A model generated the notes under the pieces. It saw only the letters and a list, made by a program, of their open reading frames with translations. It searched no databases and had not been told where the DNA came from. 38,431 bases of DNA from Chiayiivirga sp. (GTDB taxonomy: Bacteria > Pseudomonadota > Gammaproteobacteria > Xanthomonadales > Xanthomonadaceae): contig JBKJTK010000238.1 of the NCBI GenBank assembly GCA_046590875.1, positions 1-38,431 on the forward strand. Reading direction: 5' to 3'. Of the stretch, positions 7,420-14,270 are shown in pieces (the stretch's first letter is position 1; each line of letters opens with the position of its first letter). Made by a program: the position numbers and the translations under genes.

Positions 7420-7589
7420 TTGGCGGCTGGCGGTTCCGACGCGTCGCTGGGGGCAGGCGCCGGCTTCGGCTCCGCAGCGGCCTTCGCGGCCTCGCGCGCC
7501 TCGCGTTTGCGCGCGTCCTTTGCGTCCTGCTCTTTCTTCTTGGCGAGTTCGCGTTGCTTCTTTTCAAACGAATAATTGGGCTTTGCCAC
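7416..7589 (-). CDS. Small lysine/alanine-rich hypothetical protein (57 aa), not in the ORF track
   Basis: GTG at 7589 is preceded by GAGG about 8 nt upstream. Product is VAKPNYSFEKKQRELAKKKEQDAKDARKREAREAAKAAAEPKPAPAPSDASEPPAAK*. Its TGA overlaps the ATG of the DUF1615 gene (ATGA). Confidence 0.5.
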   Translation of the reverse strand: MAKPNYSFEKKQRELAKKKEQDAKDARKREAREAAKAAAEPKPAPAPSDASEPPAAK

Positions 7590-7795
7590 GGGTCTGCCTC
7601 AGTAGGGGGTGATGCAGTGTAATGGCCCGGAGCCAGGCTGCGACAGCCGAACACGCGCAGTCGCAAAACCCGGGAAGCCATGGCCCGCGTCTGGCGCAGG
7701 TTGCCGGGCCGGTAGCTGTGGCTGTAAAACGGTACACACCAGCGCGTGCCTTGGCGCGCCACTCAGGCTCGCTGGGCCGCTCTCGGGGGAGAAAC

Positions 7796-9694
7796 ATGCT
7801 TATCCGGAACCGATTGGTGCTGCTGGCCGTGATGCCGGCGGCGCTGCTGTGTACGGCCGTCGTCCAGGCCGCCGATCCGCTGGTCTATCGCGGCGTGCTG
7901 AACGACAACGGCGCGCCGGCCAACGGCCGCTACGACCTGGAATTTCGCCTGCGCGGCGGCAAGGACAGTCCGCTGTCAATGGTCGGCCCGGTCCGGGTGG
8001 AGGACGTGCAGGTCAGCGATGGGGCGTTTGCCATCGTCTTGCCGGTGGATCAGACCTTGTTGCCGGCGAGCGGCTGGATCGAGGTTGCGGTACGCGACGG
8101 CGGCAGCGAGGCCGTGTTCGAGCCGCTGCCCGACAAGCAGCCGTTTGCACTGTTCGCCAAGGCGGTTTGCCCGGGGAGTTGGGAGGTGGTCGGCAATCCG
8201 GGCATTGCGGCGGGGAATTTTCTTGGGACCACGGACAACGCTCCGCTGGAGCTACGAGTGAACAATGCTCGAGTGTTCCGCGCCAGTCAGGCCCAGATTG
8301 ACTTCGGTATTGGGCTGAACGTGGGTACCAACGTGATTGCCGGACATGCATCGAACACCGCTCCAATCGATGCCGTCGGTGCAACGATCGCCGGAGGAGG
8401 AGGATCGTTTGGCGCATCTTTGCGGCCAAACGCCGTTGGAGGGCAGTGGGGAACAGTCGGCGGAGGTTCGAACAATGCGGCGCTTGGCGGCCATGCAGTC
8501 GTCGCCGGGGGGATTGGCAACCAAGCGCTTGGTGGTGCGAGCTCGGTCGGCGGAGGCGAGAACAACCTTGCCCTTGAAGCGCATGCCGCTGTGGCTGGAG
8601 GCGCGCAGAATGCAGCACGTGGCAGTTCATCCTTTGTCGGTGGAGGCTTTCAAAATCAAGCGAATGGACAGGCCTCCGTGGTTCCGGGCGGAGACAACAA
8701 CTTCGCAGACGGCGACTACAGTTTCGCCGCGGGCCGCAGGGCCAAGATCGACGCCGTGCACGACGGCACCTTCGTCTGGGCCGACGGCACCGACGCCGAT
8801 TTTGCCTCGACCGGGGTCAACCAGTTCCTGATCCGCGCGGGCGGCGGGGTGGGCCTGGGTACCGGCGCGCCCTTCGAGCAACTCACCATCAACGGCAACC
8901 TCGCCTTCACCCGGGATGCGGCGCGCAGTCTCTATGTCGGACAGGAGCCCGACAACACCACTTCGGGCAAATCGCTTACGGTTCGGGCCGGCAGCGCCAG
9001 CAACACCGGTATCCCGTTCCAGGCGCGGCTCGGCGGCGACCTCGTGCTGCAGGCGGGCAACGCGTTCAACGGCAACCAAGCAAATCAGGACGGCGGCGAC
9101 GTGATCCTGCGCTCGGGGGCGAATTGGCGCACCGCCGATACCGTTGGCTTTTCCGGTGGCGACATCGTGTTACAGACCGGCACCCACCTCAATGTCTTCA
9201 ACGAGCGCATGCGGGTGTTGGATACGGGTGAGGTCAGCATTGCCGTCTTGGGCGCGGCGGGCGCGACAAGTTTGTGCCGCAACGCCAGCAACCAGATCGC
9301 GACCTGCTCCTCCAGCGCCCGCTACAAGGACGCCATCGTCGACAGCGCGCTCGGGCTGGCCACGGTCGCCGCGTTGCGAACGGTGGATTACGTGTGGAAG
9401 GACAGCGGCGACGCCGATGTCGGCCTGGTGGCAGAAGAGGTTGCCGCAGTCGCACCGCGACTGGTGACGCGCAACGCCCAAGGGGCGATTGAAGGCGTGA
9501 AATACGACCGCCTGGCTGCGGTGCTGGTGCAGGCGATGCAGCAGCAGCAGGCGACGATCGAGACCTTGCAGCAGCAGTTGGCCGCGCAACAGACCAGCCA
9601 TGCGCAATCCTTGCGTACGCTCACCGAGCGTGTCGATGCGCTGCTGGCGACGCCGTCGTTGGTATTGAGCGGGGTGCCAGAGGCGACGCCATGA
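7796..9694 (+). CDS. Secreted tail-fibre-like protein with C-terminal Peptidase_S74 intramolecular-chaperone domain (632 aa)
   Basis: ATG at 7796 follows GGGGGAG. Signal peptide MLIRNRLVLLAVMPAALLCTAVVQAAD. N-terminal YRGVLNDNGAPANGRYDLEFRL domain. Central GGxxNxAxG repeats. C-terminal SSARYKDAIV...VGLVAEEVAAVAPRLV...GVKYDRLAAVLVQAMQQQQATIETLQQQL matches the S74 motif Sxx(R)xK plus a coiled coil. Confidence 0.85.
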   Translation: MLIRNRLVLLAVMPAALLCTAVVQAADPLVYRGVLNDNGAPANGRYDLEFRLRGGKDSPLSMVGPVRVEDVQVSDGAFAIVLPVDQTLLPASGWIEVAVRDGGSEAVFEPLPDKQPFALFAKAVCPGSWEVVGNPGIAAGNFLGTTDNAPLELRVNNARVFRASQAQIDFGIGLNVGTNVIAGHASNTAPIDAVGATIAGGGGSFGASLRPNAVGGQWGTVGGGSNNAALGGHAVVAGGIGNQALGGASSVGGGENNLALEAHAAVAGGAQNAARGSSSFVGGGFQNQANGQASVVPGGDNNFADGDYSFAAGRRAKIDAVHDGTFVWADGTDADFASTGVNQFLIRAGGGVGLGTGAPFEQLTINGNLAFTRDAARSLYVGQEPDNTTSGKSLTVRAGSASNTGIPFQARLGGDLVLQAGNAFNGNQANQDGGDVILRSGANWRTADTVGFSGGDIVLQTGTHLNVFNERMRVLDTGEVSIAVLGAAGATSLCRNASNQIATCSSSARYKDAIVDSALGLATVAALRTVDYVWKDSGDADVGLVAEEVAAVAPRLVTRNAQGAIEGVKYDRLAAVLVQAMQQQQATIETLQQQLAAQQTSHAQSLRTLTERVDALLATPSLVLSGVPEATP

Positions 9695-9975
9695 AAGGCG
9701 CAATGTGGTTGGCGCTGGCCAGCTTGGTCAGCATCAGCTCCGCATTCGCCGAACCAACGCGCGAATCCTCCGGGCAACGGTTTGCGATCAAAGCCGCGCG
9801 GCTGACAGCCGAGCCGCTTGCTGCACCCGGACAGCGCTTTGCACTGTCGGCGACGGCGGTGCAACGGGGGGTGGCCGCGGAGAGGGATGCCCAAGCGCGC
9901 TTCGCGCTCAAAGGTGGACCGGTCGTGCCGCCCGGCGCCTGCGGCGACGTGGTGTTCCGCGACAGGTTCGAGTAA
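9691..9975 (+). CDS. Small secreted protein with three RFA(L/I) repeats (94 aa)
   Basis: Its ATG overlaps the fibre gene stop (ATGA), with AGAGG upstream. Signal peptide MKGAMWLALASLVSISSAFA. Repeats are GQRFAIKAA, GQRFALSAT and ARFALKGG. Ends in FRDRFE. Confidence 0.6.
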   Translation: MKGAMWLALASLVSISSAFAEPTRESSGQRFAIKAARLTAEPLAAPGQRFALSATAVQRGVAAERDAQARFALKGGPVVPPGACGDVVFRDRFE

Positions 9976-9992
9976 GTCCGGCTGCGTTGCAT

Positions 9993-10018
9993 CCACGGGG
10001 ATCGTCCGGTCCCCGTGG
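9993..10018 (+). terminator. Hairpin after the fibre operon
   Basis: ccacgggga-tcgtccgg-tccccgtgg forms a 9-bp stem 18 nt after the stop. There is no clear T-tract. Confidence 0.4.
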
Positions 10019-10090
10019 TCACGTTGTTGGCTAAAACGGGGCGGTCGGACAGAATGGCGGTTCGTCGCCGATGTTGCGATGCATCCCCAG

Positions 10091-10201
10091 CCTTTCGCCC
10101 TGAAATATCAGAGGGTGACCGGATCGGCTGCGTAGCCCTTGCTTCGATAGCTACCCATGAACCGCTCTCCAAAATCCGTTCGTGCTGAGGTATCGAAGCG
10201 C
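10091..10201. repeat. Second copy of the cttcgatacctcag / gggcgaacgg MITE-like family
   Basis: The reverse complement of 10175-10201 (gcgcttcgatacctcagcacgaacgga) matches 6153-6180. cctttcgccctga at 10091 matches ccgttcgccctga at 6212. Confidence 0.5.
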
Positions 10202-10337
10202 CCGCGACAAAGTTGCAGCGCTCGAACAGGTTCATGGGCAACACCCGGCGTGCTGGCGCGCAGTTTTCTCAGCACGAACGGGTTTATTGAGGCGATGTGA
10301 AGCCTGGAGTCGTGGGCCATCCAGAGCCAATCAAGCT

Positions 10338-12479
10338 CTACGGTGCGCCCTCGAAACCACTCGCAAACACGCGACCGTCCGGCAACACTTCCCACAACGG
10401 CCCATCCGATGTGACCTGGATGCCTTGCACTCCGCCGTAAAGCGACACCGGTAGCTGGCTGCCGGTGGCGATCGATCCGCCGACCGAATCCATCCCTTTC
10501 ATCAACACCACGGTGGCGTTGCCGCGGCTGGGATGGGTCAGTGCGATCGACCAACGATCGTCCAGATCGGTGAGGCTGGCGGTCACCGCGGCTTCGCCCA
10601 CATCGCGGCCGCTGACCACGTTGAGGAAGTAGTTTTCCACGCTGCCACTGCTGTCGAGTTCCAGTCGGAACTGGCCGGCAGCCGGGTTTCCGGCGCTGTC
10701 TTCGTTGACGATTCGGTAAGTCGGAGCCGCAGGCAGCAGGGTGCGCAGGTCCACGATCTGGTCGCCGACCGTGGCGCTCACGCTGCTGCTGCCGACGGTC
10801 GGGTTGGTTTCGAAATGCATCACGAAGGTACGGTTGACCTGCTCGGCCGGAACTTGCACCGCCAGCGGTTCGCCGAGCCCTACCCAGGCGTCGGTGTTGT
10901 AAAAACTCATCAGCGAATCGCTGCTGGAGCGCATGCGGTCCAGTATCAGCAGCGTCTGCAGCGGTCGGATGAAGAGGAACTCGCGTGTCGCCCGATCGGC
11001 GTAGGGCCAGTCGACGCGGCGGCCGTCGGTATTGCGATACGCATCGGTGTAGTCGGCGACCAGAAATGCATAGTCGGGGTGATGCTGCAAGCGCACGACT
11101 TCGGGCATGCCGTTGGGCTGATCGTCGCGCGGCAGACCCGGGGCAATGATGCGGGGACCGCCGCCGATCCAGCGCCCGGTGGTGCGCCCCTGGAACAGCA
11201 GTCCGTTGTGCGCGAGATGATCTCCGGTATCGACAACGCCGGTGCCACCGAAGCCCGTGAGGTTCTCGGCATAGCCGACGGATTCGCGCGTCAGCCAGCG
11301 ACCCTGACGCCAGATCTGGAAACTGCCGGCATCCAGATGGCGATGTTCGACGCCACCCGGAGTGCCGATCTGCAGATGCACCTGCATCGCCTCGTCGTCG
11401 TGGCGGTTGCGAATGTCGAAGACCATGGCGCCAGGGGCGTAGTAGTCGAGCGGCAAGGGCGCAAGATCGGCCGCATTGCCCGCGCCGCCGAGTGCGTCGA
11501 ACAACCATTGCCGTCCGGCACTGGTATCAGCCAACCACGCTCGTATGTGTCGCGCGTTACCCGAGGCCGGCTCGCGCTGGCCCATGAAGCGCGCGAAATC
11601 GCCGAGATAGTCGCGCTGGTTGATCACCCCGCCATTGCGAAAATTCTCGTCGTCGTTGAACGGAATCAGCAGGTGCCCGCCGGAGAACTCGCCGGTGATG
11701 CTGGTCGGCCCCGGCGTCGTTCCGTAGATCAGCGCGTAGATGCCCTCGCGGAAGAACGCGGTGCGCTGATACGGATCGAGACCATAGTCCGCCGCTGAAG
11801 CAAACGGAATCATCGGGTAGGACAGCATCACCGCGCCGTAGTCGCCGCCTTCAACAAACACGCCGCCGCGGCCGAAATTGTTGTACCAGCTGGCAAACCA
11901 GGTATCCAGACGCAGGTCGAGCGAGTTGTTGATGAACTCCTGCGCGCGCGGGTTGTCGCCGAAGCTGACAATGCCCCACGCCAGATTGTTGCTCACCCGG
12001 CCCCAGAAATAGTTGTTGGCCTCCGAGCCCCGGTTCGCGAAACTGTCGGCGTTTTCAGTATCCAGATAGCCGTTCCAGCGCGCGACCAGGGTCGTGATCT
12101 GCGACGGTGTCAGCCGGTGGTGGCACCAGTCATAGATTTGCAGCAGCGCGTCACCTTGCTGGCGCATGGCGTCACGGAAGCTGCCAGAGAACTGCCACGT
12201 CGCAAGGTAGGCAGCGGCCAGATCGCAGTCGGCATTGCTCTGCGTCATGAGGCCGCGCAACGCGCGCGCCCGGTTGAGTTGGGTCTGATCCGAAGCTGGA
12301 GGCAGCGCGAAAGGAGTGGTCAGGAAATAGGCGCGCGCTTGCGTCAGACGCGCCGCGTTGCCGTACCAAAGCCGCGGATGGGTCGACGGGAGATTGAGCT
12401 GTGCCGCCGAGGTCGCACCGGCGACGAGGGCGCCGCCGAGGATCAGCGCCGCAATTTTCAGCTTGTTCGCGATGGGCAT
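10338..12479 (-). CDS. Secreted heparinase II/III-like polysaccharide lyase family protein (713 aa)
   Basis: Signal peptide MPIANKLKIAALILGGALVAGATSAA. N-terminal THPRLWY helical region. VEHRHLDAGSFQIWRQGRWLTRE resembles the heparinase II/III H-x-D-x-G-S-F core. Confidence 0.75.
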   Translation of the reverse strand: MPIANKLKIAALILGGALVAGATSAAQLNLPSTHPRLWYGNAARLTQARAYFLTTPFALPPASDQTQLNRARALRGLMTQSNADCDLAAAYLATWQFSGSFRDAMRQQGDALLQIYDWCHHRLTPSQITTLVARWNGYLDTENADSFANRGSEANNYFWGRVSNNLAWGIVSFGDNPRAQEFINNSLDLRLDTWFASWYNNFGRGGVFVEGGDYGAVMLSYPMIPFASAADYGLDPYQRTAFFREGIYALIYGTTPGPTSITGEFSGGHLLIPFNDDENFRNGGVINQRDYLGDFARFMGQREPASGNARHIRAWLADTSAGRQWLFDALGGAGNAADLAPLPLDYYAPGAMVFDIRNRHDDEAMQVHLQIGTPGGVEHRHLDAGSFQIWRQGRWLTRESVGYAENLTGFGGTGVVDTGDHLAHNGLLFQGRTTGRWIGGGPRIIAPGLPRDDQPNGMPEVVRLQHHPDYAFLVADYTDAYRNTDGRRVDWPYADRATREFLFIRPLQTLLILDRMRSSSDSLMSFYNTDAWVGLGEPLAVQVPAEQVNRTFVMHFETNPTVGSSSVSATVGDQIVDLRTLLPAAPTYRIVNEDSAGNPAAGQFRLELDSSGSVENYFLNVVSGRDVGEAAVTASLTDLDDRWSIALTHPSRGNATVVLMKGMDSVGGSIATGSQLPVSLYGGVQGIQVTSDGPLWEVLPDGRVFASGFEGAP

Positions 12480-12634
12480 GGGATCCCGCGCATGGTCAGT
12501 TTCGTTGCATAACCCAACGCGATTCGCCCATCGGAACGGCCAAAACGCCTGGCTAACCTGGAATGCTTGCGAAATCCCCTAGTCGGCCACAGATAATCTA
12601 GGCGCGTTCGGGCGCAGACTCAAGGGAGACAGCC

Positions 12635-12901
12635 ATGGCCACCGGCTGGGCGCAAGACGGCGCCGTGCAAGACCAGATCGACGCGACCATCAAGGACGCG
12701 ATCAAACGCGCCCGCAGCCAATTGCCGACCGGGCCGGGACTGACGCATTGCGAGGAATGCGAAGCGAAGATTCCGGCGGCACGACGCAAGGCGATGTCGG
12801 GCGTGCGCCTGTGCGTGGTCTGTCAGGAGCAGCACGACCGAGAGCAGGGCATCTCCGCCGGCTACAACCGGCGCGGCAGCAAGGACAGCCAGTTGCGCTG
12901 A
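12635..12901 (+). CDS. DksA/TraR-family C4 zinc-finger protein (YbiI-like, 88 aa)
   Basis: CEECEAKIPAARRKAMSGVRLCVVCQ forms a CxxC-x17-CxxC finger. GGGAG RBS. Confidence 0.85.
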   Translation: MATGWAQDGAVQDQIDATIKDAIKRARSQLPTGPGLTHCEECEAKIPAARRKAMSGVRLCVVCQEQHDREQGISAGYNRRGSKDSQLR

Positions 12902-12991
12902 CAAGTGGTTCGCCCGGTCGCGATCTCCGACCTGTGCGAGCAATGAGTGGCACCGCGTGATTCCGGTTGAATTCGTTTGCGACGCAAGCGA

Positions 12992-13023
12992 AGGATGCGG
13001 CGACCGAATAGCCGCCGCATCCT
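12992..13023. terminator. Bidirectional hairpin between convergent genes
   Basis: aggatgcggcg (12992-13002) pairs with cgccgcatcct (13013-13023), giving an 11-bp stem and a 10-nt loop. Confidence 0.5.
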
Positions 13024-13028
13024 CGGGC

Positions 13029-13127
13029 TTACTTCTTCTTCTTTTCCTGCTTGGCGGCCCGTTTCTCCTTCAAGGATTTCTCGGGCTCCTTCTTCTTGCT
13101 CTTTTTCTGATCCATTCCCTTGCTCAT
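13029..13127 (-). CDS. Possible very small lysine-rich protein (32 aa)
   Basis: Product is MSKGMDQKKSKKKEPEKSLKEKRAAKQEKKKK*. AAGAGG lies 7 nt upstream of the ATG at 13127. The 115-aa ORF-track version has a junk-like N-terminus. Confidence 0.35.
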   Translation of the reverse strand: MSKGMDQKKSKKKEPEKSLKEKRAAKQEKKKK

Positions 13128-13180
13128 GGTGACCTCTTGCTCGTAGTGTTCCATGACGATACCGAACGCACGGGACGAAA

Positions 13181-13903
13181 TCAAAACCGCTCCGTCGCCG
13201 GCAGGTATCGCCATTCCCCGGCCGGCATCTTGCCGAGAGGGACTTTGCCGATGCGGATGCGGCGGATCGCCACAACCTCCAGCCCGACCTGCGCACACAT
13301 GTAGCGCAATTGCCCCGGCTGCACCGCCTTGATCGCAAACCGCAGGCGAATCTCGTTCTGCCAGCTGACCTTGCACGGCGGCAGCACGCGGCCCTGGAAA
13401 CTGAGGCCACGATTGAGCCGCGCCAGGCCGTAAGGTGCGATTTCACCACCGACTTCGACCACGAACTCCTGTTCGATGAGGCCGGCATCCTCGGTAAGCC
13501 GACGCCAGACACGACCGTCCTGCGTCAAAACCATCAGTCCGCTGGCTTCCACGTCGAGCGGCACCAACGGCGTCAGGCGCTGGAAGTGACGCTTCAGCGG
13601 ACGGATGCCTGAAGCGTCGTCGGCCCAGCGCGTTGCGGGTGCAACCAGGCTTGCGGCGGGCTGGTTGCCGTCGATCGCATCGAAGCCCGGCGGCTTGTGC
13701 AACAACAGGGTCGCGGGTTCCGCAGCTTCCAGGTGCGCCTCGGGATCGATCACGACGACTTCGGTCGTCACCATATGCTGCGGCGCTTCCACGATCTGTC
13801 CGTCGACCGACACCCAGCCACCCTCGATGTACTGCTCGGCTTCGGTGCGGGAACAGTGCGCAAGTTCGACCACGCGTTTGGCAAGACGAACCGGGTCGGA
13901 CAT
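13181..13903 (-). CDS. RsuA/RluE-family pseudouridine synthase with N-terminal S4-like domain (240 aa)
   Basis: Contains VRLAKRVVELAHCSRTEAEQYIEGGWVSVDGQIV (S4-like). The catalytic-Asp motif PLDVEASGLMVLTQDG compares with RLDxxTxGLLLLTNDG. Also has YxVEV-like FVVEVGG. Confidence 0.85.
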   Translation of the reverse strand: MSDPVRLAKRVVELAHCSRTEAEQYIEGGWVSVDGQIVEAPQHMVTTEVVVIDPEAHLEAAEPATLLLHKPPGFDAIDGNQPAASLVAPATRWADDASGIRPLKRHFQRLTPLVPLDVEASGLMVLTQDGRVWRRLTEDAGLIEQEFVVEVGGEIAPYGLARLNRGLSFQGRVLPPCKVSWQNEIRLRFAIKAVQPGQLRYMCAQVGLEVVAIRRIRIGKVPLGKMPAGEWRYLPATERF

Positions 13904-14067
13904 GAGCAAAGCCGTATTCTTGAAGTTGGAGTTTATCGGAGCAGTGTATCGGCAACCTACGTCGATGCCGCATCGAAGGGCTGGAACTGGCAATCGTGGT
14001 ACTGATCGTGTTTGAGATCGCGCTTGCGCCGTTGGGCATTGACCGATGCGCATGGCGACCAGGCCGC

Positions 14068-14082
14068 ATCCGGATTCCGGAT
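14068..14082. promoter_or_regulatory. Perfect 7-1-7 palindrome atccggaTtccggat in a divergent intergenic region
   Basis: Seen directly in the sequence. It lies between the pseudouridine synthase start (13903, minus strand) and the beta-propeller gene start (14271, plus strand). Confidence 0.25.
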
Positions 14083-14270
14083 CGCAACAAGCCGCGGTAT
14101 GTCATCAATCGGCTCGCTTGCTCGTCGTAAGGGATGCAAGCCTGCCACTCCGGCGTACCATGGCTGTGCTCCCGCGCGTTGCCTGCGTTCGGGGGCGGAT
14201 CCGATCCTTCAGTTCGCGCCGTGCTGGGCAATGCGGTTCATTCTCCCGACTACCGGGAAGCGAGGCCACC

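Noticed and set aside
7622-7795. N-terminal extensions of several ORF-track entries: 7622 for the fibre gene, 14046 for the propeller gene, 17045, 17723, 19709, 21416, 25142, 25744, 13904-14053, 2678-3097, 30700-30768 and 34554-34970.
   Set aside because: The extensions are R/P/S-rich and lack signal peptides. Internal starts give an RBS plus a proper signal peptide or a family-typical N-terminus, or they avoid overlap with the upstream gene.
7796-12479. Prophage or tailocin interpretation of the tail-fibre-like gene.
   Set aside because: No capsid, terminase, portal, baseplate, sheath, lysis or integrase genes lie anywhere in the window. The neighbours are ordinary cellular genes.
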